A stretch of DNA of 52,911 bases from Octopus bimaculoides (lineage: Eukaryota), in NCBI RefSeq assembly GCF_001194135.2, contig NC_068987.1, positions 44,325,152 through 44,378,062 of the forward strand, written 5' to 3'. Positions 12,701 to 25,113 of the stretch are shown in pieces (the first letter of the stretch is position 1; every line of letters starts with the position of its first letter). A program made the translations under genes and the position numbers. The notes below the pieces were generated by a model. That model was not told the origin of the DNA. It saw only the letters and a program-made list of their open reading frames with translations, and ran no database searches.

Positions 12701-13158
12701 GTGGAATTTTGTTGATAGAAACTGTGTTGAAGCCCATCATATATGCACACATGTTTATGATTAAGTTGTACATAAATTCACATCTGCACATTTAATAAAC
12801 ATACATTTGGCCTTACATTCTAAATTGATCATGCAATTAAACAACTAATATCACTCTGTTGACAGGGAAGGAAAATATGTTAGCTGCTCATCCAGTGTGT
12901 TTACTTCCTCATATATAGAGAGAGAAATATTAGCTAACAATTACTATGACTAGAGTTATGAAAAATTAGCACTGTTTTTGCCATTCAAAAGGCCCTGCTG
13001 GCTGCACTGCAGTTTTGCCATGACTGTCATGTGGTAAGATGAATTAGGTTCACTGTGTAGTGCTAAGTTTTTTTTTTATCTAGTGGCTTATGGTTACATG
13101 GCTGAGCACAATACAGCACTGAGTGCATGGTGGCTTACATTCATATAAGTGTGTTATA

Positions 13159-14031
13159 CAGGGTGTCCCAAAAGTCACTGATGGGTTTCAATTTTTAATA
13201 ACTTCCATAACTGTACAAATAAAGGCATGAAATTTAGATACATTTATAAAGGACATAATGGAAATTAATATGCGCAAGTCAAATTTTGCAACACCACTAC
13301 ATCTCATATGAAAAATGACATTGCTTAAATGGCAGCCATTTTCGGCTTCACACACCCATGCTCTTTCCAAAACTTACACCATAACATCCTCAAGAGTTTC
13401 AGACCCCACTCCTCTGATTTCTCTATTGGTGTTCTCCTTCAGTTGCACCAGGTTATCTGGTTTGTTGACGTAAATCCTCTCTTTCAGGTATCCCCACAAG
13501 AAAAAATCCAGGTTAGTCAAGTCTGGGGAACGTGAAAGCCATTCAAAGTAGACCTCACACATAGTTCCAGCAAGATGGGGCAACTGCTCATACCACAAGA
13601 GAAACAATGCAGTTGCTACGACAGTACTTTGGAGAGAAAATAATCTCCTATTAAGGCAATGTCAACTAGCCTTCACGTTCCCCAGACTTGACTAGCCTGG
13701 ATTTTTTTTTGTATGGATACCTGAAAGAGAGGGTTTACATCAACAAACCAGATAACCTGGTGCAACTGAAGGAGAACATCAATAGAGAAATCAGAGGAGT
13801 GGGGTCTGAAACTCTTGAGGGTGTTATGGTGCAAGTTTTGGAAAGAGCACAGGTGTGCATAGCCGAAAATGGCTAACATTTAAGCAATGTCATTTTTCAT
13901 ATGAGATGTAGTGATGTTGCAAAATTTGACTTGTGCATATTAATTTTCATTATGTCCTTTATAATGTATCAAAATTCCATTTAAGGAGGTTTTAAAAATT
14001 GAAACCCATCAGTGACTTTTGGGACACCCTG
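13159..14031. mobile_element. Tc1/mariner-derived palindromic element with TA target-site duplication
   Basis: TIR CAGGGTGTCCCAAAAGTCACTGATGGGTTTCAATTTT at both ends, flanked by TA. Both arms encode the SPDLT.LDFFL.GYLKER C-terminus, on opposite strands. Confidence 0.92.
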
Positions 14032-14758
14032 TATATATATTATCATTCTTTAATGTCCATATTCTATTTTGGCATGGGGAGAATAGTTTGACAGGATCCA
14101 GTGGGTCCAAGAACTGCAGCATGGGAACATGTGGGCATGGATGTGTGGCTTAAAAGCTTGCTTCCCAACCATGTTGTCTTAAATTCAGTCCCATTGCACA
14201 GCACTTTAGGCAAGCGTCTTCTTCTATAGTTCTATGATGACCAAAGCCTTGTGAGTGGATCTGGTAGGTGGAAACTGAAAAGAGCTCATCATTTATGTGT
14301 GTGTGTATGTTTGTAGTGTGTTTGTACTCCACCACCACTTGACAGCCAGTATTTGTTTGTTTACATTCCCATAACTTAGCATTCTACAAAAGAGACTGAT
14401 GGAATAAGTACTAGGTTTTAAAAAATTAAGTACTGGGATCAATTCGTTTGACTAAACCCTTCAAGGCAATGACCAAAAATGGCTGCAATCCAATGACTGA
14501 AACAAGTAAAAGATATATGAATATATATAATTTGTTCATTCATTCTATGGTCATTTTTTTGCATGCTTTCATGGATTGAATGGATATGTTGTTGGGGCAT
14601 TGTTTTACTGCCAGATGACCTTCCTACCACTAACCCTTACATGTATTTCAAGTCAGAGATCCCTTACTCCACATGTTTTAGAAGCATGAAATGATCAGAC
14701 AGGAGAAGCTGAGGACAACACATGGACTGTCACATAAGCAATCACAGATGTAAACACA

Positions 14759-14817
<59 letters not shown>

Positions 14818-16029
14818 NNNNNNNNNNNNNNNNNNNNNNNNNNNNNNNNNNNNNNNNNNNNNNNNNNNNNNNNNNNNNNNNNNNNNNNNNNNNNNNNNNN
14901 NNNNNNNNNNNNNNNNNNNNNNNNNNNNNNNNNNNNNNNNNNNNNNNNNNNNNNNNNNNNNNNNNNNNNNNNNNNNNNNNNNNNNNNNNNNNNNNNNNNN
15001 NNNNNNNNNNNNNNNNNNNNNNNNNNNNNNNNNNNNNNNNNNNNNNNNNNNNNNNNNNNNNNNNNNNNNNNNNNNNNNNNNNNNNNNNNNNNNNNNNNNN
15101 NNNNNNNNNNNNNNNNNNNNNNNNNNNNNNNNNNNNNNNNNNNNNNNNNNNNNNNNNNNNNNNNNNNNNNNNNNNNNNNNNNNNNNNNNNNNNNNNNNNN
15201 NNNNNNNNNNNNNNNNNNNNNNNNNNNNNNNNNNNNNNNNNNNNNNNNNNNNNNNNNNNNNNNNNNNNNNNNNNNNNNNNNNNNNNNNNNNNNNNNNNNN
15301 NNNNNNNNNNNNNNNNNNNNNNNNNNNNNNNNNNATATATATATATATATATATAGGCACATGTTGGACCACTGAACTTTACCTGGGTTTTTTCATTCTC
15401 TCTCTATTCATATCCTCTTATTCCTTTCTGTCAATGAGTGTATGCTCGAAACATAAAAGACTTTTCCATTTTTCCTGAACACCAAAAAATATACTTGCTT
15501 GTTGTTCCTACACCTGTCTTTGTCTTTTGTTTTCCTATAAATTTGAACTATGTCTGTGTGTGTGAGTATGTGTGATTATTTTTGTCATGTGCCTGTGTGT
15601 ATTATGTTCTTGTTCATACAACCAAAGCATTCGCAAAGTACATAAAGCAATCAATATTCCATGAGTAGTGGTATATTTATTTCTTTAATTAATGACTAGT
15701 TTACAAAATTATAAATGTTCTAACTCTTATGCTCTTCTGCAAACTAGTGACTTAAAATCAGTGTGGGAGTTAAAGAAGTAGCTCAGAAAGAAAATAAGGA
15801 AAGAATATCGAATGGATGATGAAAAGAAGGAAAATATGCTAGTTTTTTTAAGGAGTAGGAAAGGAAAGATAACAGAAAACTATTATGGCAGAGAACACTC
15901 TCTGCCATCATTTTCCCACCACTTTCTTCCTTCAAGTTGAGGGTACTGGGATGTATGGCTATAGAGGCTAGATACAGAATACTGATCTTTGACTTATGGG
16001 TGAATGTAGCCATTTTAAAGATAACATAA

Positions 16030-16360
16030 TGCATATGACTCAGTGGTTAGAGTGTCAGGCTCACAATCATGAGGTATTGAGTGTGATTCCCAGACTGGGT
16101 TATGAGTTGTGTTCTTGAGCAAGACACTTTATTTCACATTGCTCCGTTTCACTCAGCTGTAGAAATGAGTTGTGATATCACTGATGCCAAGCTGTATCAG
16201 CATTTGCCTTCCCTTTGGATGACATCAGTGGTGTGGAGAGGGGAGGCTGGTATGCATGGGCAGCTGATAGTCTTCCATAATCAAACTTGCCTGGGCTTCT
16301 ACCTTGGAGGGTAACTTTCTAGGTGCAATACCATGGTTATTTATGACTGAAGGGGGTCCT
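16030..16360 (+). mobile_element. tRNA-derived SINE
   Basis: A-box-like cagtggttagagtg and B-box-like gagtgtgattcc, followed by the cttgagcaagacacttt core. Confidence 0.75.
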
Positions 16361-18302
16361 TGCCTCTTTTAATGCATACCCAAATGAGGAACAGATTTTT
16401 TTTTTATCAAAAGTGGGCAATAAGTTACTTTTCATTATCATCATCATCATCATCATTTAATGTCTGTTCTACATGCTAGCATGGATTGTATGGCTTGACA
16501 GGAGCTAGCCTACTGAAGAACTGCCTGGACTCCATGTCTGTTTTGGCATGGTTCCTATAGCCATATGCCCTTCCTAATGCTAACCGCTTTACAGAGTGTA
16601 CTGGGTGCTTTTACACTGCAGCAGCATAGGTGCTTTCACGTGGCACTGTCACAAGTACTTTTTATGAGGTACCAGCACCCATGAGCCTACCAAATTAGGA
16701 TTGTTCAGTTGGAGAGAGATGCAGGGAACATGCCCCTATGCAAGAATAATCATGATTTTACTTAGCTTGACATGTCTTCTCAAGCGCAACAAACTGCCAG
16801 GAGTCTTGGTCCATTTTGAGGCCCAACATCTACTGCCATAATTCTTTCTCTTATAGGTACAAGGCCTGTAATTTTGGTGGAGGTGGGGATTGTCAATTAC
16901 ATCAATCCCAGTTCTCAACTAGTAATATTTTATTGACCTCTAAAAGATGAAAGGCAAAGTTGACCTCAACAGTATTTGAATTCTGAATGTAAAGAGATGG
17001 AAGAAATGCTGCTAAGCATTTCATCAGTGCAGTAATGATTGTGCTACCTCTAATAATAATTATAATATTAAAAGTATTGGCTTCCTTCAGTTTCTGTCCA
17101 CCAAATCTACTCACAAGGTTTTAGTCAGCCTGAGGCTATAGTAGAAGACACTTGCCCAAGGTGCCATGCATTGGGATTGAACCTAGAACCATGTGGTTGG
17201 GATACAAAGGTGATGAAAAATACAACATTAAGATCGGGTAAAAAATAAACACAGAATTGGTATGAGTTTGCCATTCATGAAATGGGAAAAAAAAGAAGAA
17301 AATGTCTTTAATGTTTCTAGAATACACTCCCCTTCTGAAAGATAGGACTGAGATGGAGATAAAAGAATGGAAAAGAAGAAATATATATATATATATATAT
17401 CATCTTCATCATCATTGTTTAACGTCCGTTTTCCAAGCTGGCATGGGTTGGACAGTTTGACTAAATAACAGAATAAATCAAAAAAACAAATAAATAAATC
17501 TCTGTGTATATATGCATATTGCTGAAAAGTCAGTTATACGTATGTTAAGTATGTCCTATAGAGATTTTAATCTAGAGCTGCTTCTATTACACAATTCAGA
17601 TAATAAATAAGATCTACACAAATATTCACAAACACACACAAACAATTGCATACATTAATAAGACCTAGTGTATGTGTGTATGTATGTTTTATCAATAACA
17701 ACTAGTCCTTGACCCATTGTATTTTATGTTGACACTCAGATTTTCCACTCAGAGTCCTTTATTCTAAGTGACCTGACCATGTTTCTTTGAAATAGTAACC
17801 CAAGATCTATGTATATTTTGTATAGAGATACATTCGAGCACGTAGGAGCAAAACAACATGAAGAAAATAGTACTCAAATACGAAAAGTAGAGTTAAATAT
17901 AGTGTTTTATTCAAGATGAAAAACTTCATTGTTTTTTCATCAACTGTCAGTTATATTATCCAACAAATTACTCCCAACTAAATACTTCCTTGGCACTTGT
18001 CTCACTTAGAAGATAACATTGGTATTACTGCTCCCTAGTACAATCTCATCATTGTTTTAATGTCCACTTTTCCATGCTTGCATAGATTGGATGGAGTTTT
18101 ATTGAGGCAGATTTTCTACAGCCAGATGCCCTTGTTACTAACCCTCACCTGTTTCCAAACAAAGTAATATTTCCCAGCGGCCAGACATGTTTGTGCAAAA
18201 TATTGGAAATCAATGATACACTTGTATGAGAGTGACACTCATTTACCACAAGTACTTGATGTCAAGACAAGGAAATACACACATGTACATACACACATTT
18301 AT

Positions 18303-18333
<31 letters not shown>

Positions 18334-18368
18334 ATGCAAGAGAGTTAGGGGTTGAGGATTCAACCCAC

Positions 18369-18398
18369 TAAGGGTTAGGGTTAGGGTTAGGGTTAGGG
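18369..18398 (+). repeat. Short interstitial (TTAGGG)4 plus one imperfect unit
   Basis: taaggg followed by ttaggg x4 at 18375-18398. Confidence 0.95.
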
Positions 18399-18509
18399 TA
18401 TATCTATCCAATATACTGCTGGGAGGGTACCCAATTATTGTTACACTAGTGTTATACCAAATGTAATAAGTGGGTGCGGGTAAAAGGGGGTCATTTTACC
18501 CTAAATTTA

Positions 18510-18668
18510 TATAGCAATAAGAAAATGGAGGAGAATATGCGATATCCATCGACTTGCAGACAGTGTATTCCATTGAATTAATTTATTTATTTTGTAACTA
18601 AAATGACAAAAACCACAACTGTCTGCAAGTCGATGGATACCGCATATTCTCCTCCATTTTTTTATTGC

Positions 18669-18672
<4 letters not shown>
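18510..18672. mobile_element. Small MITE with about 55-bp TIRs, inserted in TA
   Basis: tagcaataagaaaatggaggagaatatgcgatatccatcgacttgcagacagt is inverted at 18618-18672. Confidence 0.8.
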
Positions 18673-18700
<28 letters not shown>

Positions 18701-19100
18701 TACACATGCATATATGGGTACAGGACATCACCAACAGTAAACATGAAATACGAAAACAATGAGTTGAATACGCAAATAATGATAGAAACAAATGGAAAAC
18801 AGGACGAGTAAAATAAAGAACGACCCTTCATCAGTTTTTGGCTGTCTATTTACTCCTCATTTCGAGCATTGAACGACAACACATCCATATACATACATAC
18901 ATCCTTGCACAGGGGCCATCTGGACACCTGTCTTCGCTGTGAGCAGGGATTAATCTCCTCTTTTCACTCCTTTGCGCCACATGGGCTCAACACTCCTCCC
19001 CTCTTCATCTAACCCTCCTCCTCTCTTCCTTTCATACCTACTTCCTCTCACCCACCTCTCCTCTCTTGCTCTAGCACCTACATTCCAACCCCACCATCCT

Positions 19101-19910
19101 TATACATTCTATCCCACCCCACCCCATCCCTTAGACCCCACCCAGGCTTCCCCCANNNNNNNNNNACCACACCACCATACCACACCACATCACACCACCC
19201 CACACACACTAGCACATACCACTTCCCAGCACCTACACCATCATCCACACACCTACACATGCACACACGTCAATGTCACCATCCCCCTTCCACACACACA
19301 TGCTCCTTCGTTTTGGGATCACCACTACTTTATTGTCTTCCTATCTTCCTAGCCCTCCTGTGTAGCCCCTCTGTCTGGCATTCACCATGATAGATCGCTA
19401 GCCTCTAAACTTTTTTCTATTTCCTCTCCCTGTTTATTCCTGTGTTCCTTTCTGTCGAAGAGCGTAGGCTCGAAATGTAGAAAACTTTCTCACTTCCCGA
19501 GCATTAAACTAATACATCTGTTTGTTGTTTACACACCCATCTTCATCTTTTGGTTTTTTTTTTTTTTTTGTAAATTTTCACTATCTAGTGAAAATTTACA
19601 GGCTAGCGATTTATCATGGTGAATGCCGGACAGAGGGGCCACACAGGAGGGCTAGGAAGATGGGAAGACAATAAAGTAGTGGTGATCCCAAAACGGAGGA
19701 GCATATGCATGTGGAGGGGGGCTGGTGACATTGATGTGTGCATATGTGCATGTGTAGGTGTATGGATGATGGTGTAGGTGCTGGGAAGTGGTCAGTGCTA
19801 GTGTGATCGGGGTGGTGTGATATGTTGTGGTGTGGTGGTGTGTGGTGTTGAGGTATGGGGGAAGCAAGGGTGGAGTCTAAGGGATGGGGTGGGGTGAGAT
19901 GGAATGTATA
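19101..19910. repeat. Inverted duplication of a repeat family (Penelope pseudo-LTR-like)
   Basis: 19101-19403 is the reverse complement of 19601-19910. The same terminus family occurs at about 15400-15540 (+) and 34480-34640 (-). The Penelope assignment is inference. Confidence 0.7.
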
Positions 19911-20570
19911 GTATATATATATATATATATATACACATGCATATACATACATACATACATATATACATATATTACATATATNNNNNNNNNNAGAGGGGCT
20001 GGCACAGGACCACCAGTGATGGAGAGCACTGATGGATCTGGTCGACTCTACACATGATAGTCTCTGGGACCACTAACCTGGGATGACTCCAGCCCTATGA
20101 AGTAAGCAAACAAACAATATATACATATCTTTATCAATACGGTTGTACATAGGGTAAATGTGTTTGAAAGTTGTGGTTTCTTTGGTTTGCTTGTTCCCAA
20201 ACAACATTTATTTTAGTGTTGTTGACACTGCTGGATTGAATGGTACTGCCCAGGTGTCAAAGCCATAATGATATCCGTAGGACAACTGATGATGGAGGTA
20301 TGTTGGATCGTTGCTATGGCTGTGGAATAGTATTATAACACATCCTTTTGATATATATATATATGCTAATATCATACTGTGAGAATATACAACAGACTTT
20401 TTTCAGTTTCCGTGTACCATAATTTCTCAGAAGGCTATAATTTCTCAGGGCTATAGTAGAAGACACTTGCTCAAGGTGATACAGTGGAAAGCAAACTTCT
20501 TAACCATACAGCCACATTATAATATATTGTATTATGCTATATTATATTATTTTCCTTCTCACCATTACAG

Positions 20571-20677
20571 CTGAAATTTTAGAATTATCTGGAAATGCTG
20601 CTCGTGACAATAAGAAAATCCGTATAGTGCCACGCCATATCTTATTGGCCATCGCTAATGATGAAGAACTTCACCTT
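20571..20677 (+). CDS. macroH2A: macroH2A coding exon 2 (H2A fold)
   Basis: Acceptor ttccttctcaccattacag|, donor |gtgagt; 107 nt. Continues the frame as (A)[35 protein letters not shown]. Confidence 0.95.
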
Positions 20678-20807
20678 GTGAGTAGTTCTTAATTTGTTTT
20701 AGCAACATGCTTGTACTTTTGTAAATGTGTATGTGTGTGTATTTGTATGAGTTATTTTGGTGACTGTCATTATAAAATGTTCACTTCTTATTTTATATGT
20801 ATAAGAT

Positions 20808-20873
<66 letters not shown>

Positions 20874-22485
20874 AGTTGAGTATCCTGTCATTGCTGGTCA
20901 ATTTTCACAATAGAATGCCTTTATTTCAATTTTTTTTTTAATACTATCCGACCATGTCTTCTCCAGCAGATAGGCCACTTGATCAGGATGGATTTCTGCA
21001 CTATCTGGGGCAATTTATAATGTCTCGATAAATGAAGTTTTATGTTTTTCCATTTGGTTCATAGATGTAAAGATTTTTCTTAGCTCGCTGCTGATATTCT
21101 GTGAGGGTTTTTCAACTTTGTCACCTAAATGAAATTCCTTACAGGCATGCATATACACACACACACACTGAGCTTGAGCATTATTATGTATGGAGAGTGA
21201 GAGAGACTGTGATAAATATATAGAGTGAGGAGGAAGTGTTCAATGAGGAAGACATAAATGAAAGAGATAGACAGTGAGAAAAATCTTACCTGTTGTCACG
21301 GATTTTGAAATCTTAAAATAAGCTTTAGAATTTGGTATATTGATGAACTTTTCACCTTGAATTTGATTTTGTGATTCATTTATTCCAGAAAAATTTTAGA
21401 AAAATATTAAAGAGATTTAAAGTTTGATCACTTTTAACCAATCAGAAAACAGGATTTGGAAGCTAGCATTTTCTGCATGATAGTTGTCTGTCATAAAATG
21501 AAAGTAAACATTACCACAAAGTTTTTAAACAAAATGAAAGCAATTACATGTCACATCAAGAGAGAGAGATGGGGAGCAGTATGCCTGAGGCATATACATA
21601 TACAGACAGAGAGTGATAAAGAATGGTAAATATATAGAGAAAGGAGAAAGAAAGAGACCCTGTTGGAGACAGAGAGAGAATGGTAGATTTCTTGATATAA
21701 AAGTTGAGTTATTTTTCATAGTAAATTATATTTTTTGATTAATTATAACATGTACTCATTCATTTTATAAGTGTGTATGAAAGTGTGTGGCTTAATGGTT
21801 AAAATTTTCGGCTCACAATGATAATGTCTTAGGTTCAATTCCTGGACTAGGTTCATTGCTCCAGTTTACTCAGCTGAAATTGAGTGCTAGTCTAGTGTTA
21901 ATGCAACTCTCTCTCCTTCCTGCAGTCACATCCTCAATGTTCTTCTGGGTCAAGTGTGGAAGGGCCAAGAAGGTATCTATGTCTGGTCACAACTACTTAG
22001 GCCCTTACGATTATTAGCAGAAGTATGGTTCCTGTTACCAACTCATAGTCATTTGTGTGTATATCATCATGTGGTTGTGTGTATCATCATCATTATCATC
22101 ATTCTACATCCAATTTTCCATGTTTGCATGGGTCAGATTTCCTATGGCCAGATGCCCTTCCTGTTTGCTGACCCTCACCTGTTTCCAAATAATGTAATAT
22201 TTCACCATAGCTGCACATGTTTTCATGGAAGTCCAAAAATGAATGATCACTTGTGACACTCATTTACATCATGTGATGTCAGGACAGGGAGACAGTAACA
22301 CACACATAACAGGTTTATTTCCATTTCTGCCAACTAAATCCACCCACAAATCTTTGGTCAACCTTTGGGGCTATAGTAGAAGTTATATGTTTGATGTATA
22401 GTACAGCAGGACAGAAGCCATGACTGCATAGTTTTTAAGAAGCTTGCTTAAGAAGCAAGCTTCTTAACTAAACAACCACATCTAC

Positions 22486-22569
<84 letters not shown>

Positions 22570-23379
22570 ATCGTGGGTGAAGCAGGGTAGAGGTTTAAGC
22601 TTTAGTCAGCCGAGTCCAGTACTTGGTTTCTTCTCTTAAATATAGCTATTCTACTTCACTGACATTAATGCCTTTCATACTGTTTCCAAAGACTATTATT
22701 GAAATTAAAAATGAAGAAAGGCCAATACTTATCTGCTATTTCATGATGTTAAATAGATGAGTCTTCCCTGGATAGGTAGTTTACCTGTTGCAAGAGACAG
22801 ACCTTTAAAATCTAATGTTTATTATCAACAGCTGGTTTTAGTGATGTATGTAAAATATTCCTACCCAGATATATAGCAAAAGTAAAGTGATGTATATCAG
22901 CTCTTTCCTGTGTAATTATTCTTTTTTATGTATGAGGTGTCAAGGATAGACAGTACCTTTTTGTATTGGTCCTGCTAACTCATTTTCAGAACAGCTTATC
23001 TGCCACTGGCTCACACTTGGCATCCACTTCTCAACTCTGGCTGCAGAGACTATCAGCATGTAGCAATGCACTGCTGACTGTTCAATAGCATTAACAAGTT
23101 ATCTAAACCAGGTTGAGGAGAACTGATGAGTTTTAAATTCTTGGTGAAATTCTTTAGAGTTTGTCTCTCAATATAGTTGAAGACTGGGTTTCTGATGAAC
23201 TGCATGGAGGAAACTTGTCCATTAATGATCAAGTTTCAAGAGGCAAAATGACGGTATCCAAAGCAATTATTTTTGTTACTAGGCAGTGAGACAATCAGAA
23301 AAAATGCCTTGAATATTTCTTCTGATTCTTTACAATCAGAGTTCAATGGATAAAAATGAAGTTGACTTCTTATTTCTTT

Positions 23380-24765
23380 ATTGCCCACAAGGGGCTAAAC
23401 ATAGAGGGGACAAACAATGACAGACAAAGGGATTAAGTTGATTACATCGACCTCCAGTGCGTAACTGGTACTTATTTAATCGACCCCAAAAGGATGAAAG
23501 GCTAAGTCGACCTCGGCGGAATTTGAACTCAGAACGTAGCGGCAGACAAAATACCGCTAAGCATTTCGCCCGGCGTGCTAATGTTTCTGCCAGCTCACCG
23601 CCTTAATGAAGTTGACTTCTGTGTTACTAAAACCCAGAACCTAAGAAAAAGATGTAACTAAATACTGCATGGCACTTTATGTGAAATTTCTACACATTCT
23701 TGTTAATATGTTTAATAATAATAATGATGATGATAATTTCAATTTTTGGCACAAGGCCAGCAGTTTTGGGGGTGGGGGTTAAGTCGAATGCATTGACCCC
23801 CAGCAGTGCTCAATTGGTACTTATTTTATTAATCCCAAAAGGATGAAAGGTAAAGTCAGCCTTGGTGGAATTTGAACTCGGAACGTAATGTTGGATGACA
23901 TGCCACTAAGCATTTTGCCTGGCATGCTAAAGATCTGGCCAGCTTGCCACCTGCTGCTGCTGCTACTGGTGGCGGTGGTGGTGGCGGCGGCAGTGGTAGC
24001 AGCAATAATAATCATTTCTAAAATAGGTACGTGGCCTGAAATTTGGGAGGGTGGGTAGTTAGTTACACCAATCCCAGTACTTGACTTGTTCTGAACTCCA
24101 AATAAAAAGTGTCAGAACAAACACTGCAAACTATTTTATCTGACACTCTAGCAATTGTACCAGCTCACCATCTTTAAATAATGGTACCCTATTTCATTGG
24201 CCCCAAAAGAATGAAAGGCAAACTTGACCTCTGCATGATTTGAACTCAAAACATAAAGAGCCAGAAGAAATGCTGCTAGGCATTTTGTCTAACATGCTAA
24301 CAATTCTGCCAGCTCACCACCTTTAAATAATGGTTTCAAGTTTAGGTGCAAGGTCGCCTATTTTGAGAGGAGGGGATTAGTCAATATTATTGATCCTAGT
24401 ACTTGACTCCAAAAGAGAGGCAAAGTGACATCAACAGTATTTGAACTCAGAATGTAAAGAAATAGAAGAAATGCTACCTAGCATTTTGTCTGACACAATA
24501 ACGATTCTACCAACTCACTGCCTTAATGATAATAATAATAATAATAACTCTTTCTACTATAAGCGCAAGGCCTTAAATTTTGGGGGAAGGGGCTAGTCAA
24601 TTACACCAACGCCAATATGCAACTGGTACTTCATTTTATCAACCCCACAAAAGCATAGGTGTAATTGACCTCAACAGAATTTGAACTTAGAACGAAAAAA
24701 CAGACAAATAGCCTCTAATCATTTTGTCTAGTGCATTAACAATTCTGTCAGCTTGCTGCCTTAAT
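23380..24765 (-). mobile_element. Stack of about 6 copies of an (ATT)n-associated SINE
   Basis: Repeated reverse-complement of ...gagttcaaattc...gaggtcgactttgcctttcatcc...aagtaccag..., interleaved with (AAT)n. Confidence 0.8.
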
Positions 24766-24822
24766 AATAATAATAACAATAATAATAATAATGATTTTTG
24801 TTTTAATAATATTATTCCACAG

Positions 24823-25113
24823 TTACTTAAACATGTCACCATTCCTGCTGGTGGGGTACTGCCAAAGATCCACCCTGAATTGCTCAGCCAGCAGAAGAGA
24901 AGAGGAGGCAAAGCAATACAGCAACCATCTACATCCACTGTGAGTGGTGCAAGTACCTCCAGATCTGGAGCACAACCACCACCAACAAAAAAAGCCAAGT
25001 TGACCAATGCACAGAATAGCCATCCAGATACAACAACTGCTGCCAGAAAACCTGCTGCTGTTCCTGCAAATAAGGTTACTAAGACTGTTGATAGCAAACC
25101 AAAAGGTGTCAAA
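24823..25113 (+). CDS. macroH2A: macroH2A coding exon 3 (docking domain and basic linker)
   Basis: Acceptor ttccacag|, donor AAA|gtaagt; 291 nt, phase 0/0. LLKHVTIPAGGVLPKIHPELL has the macroH2A-type IHPELL; the linker contains PPPTKKAK (compare human PPPAKKAK). Confidence 0.9.

Noticed and set aside
12992-13033. Possible 42-nt poison exon (ag|...|gtaaga, in-frame TGA) in intron 1
   Set aside because: The acceptor is weak and such matches are expected by chance in an 11-kb intron. It needs RNA evidence.
16030-16110. tRNA gene
   Set aside because: The A/B-box-like head does not fold into a cloverleaf and continues into a SINE body.
18820-18875. Minus-strand CTGATGAAGGG near a CGAAA motif
   Set aside because: There is no downstream GAAA and no closing helices in any hammerhead topology.
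23192-23219. CTGATGA...GAAAC..GTC hammerhead-like string
   Set aside because: Neither stem I nor the base of stem II can be paired.
24724-24822. N-terminal part of the 135-aa ORF with poly-Asn
   Set aside because: It is intronic SINE end and (AAT)n read in frame with exon 3; the real exon starts at the acceptor at 24823.
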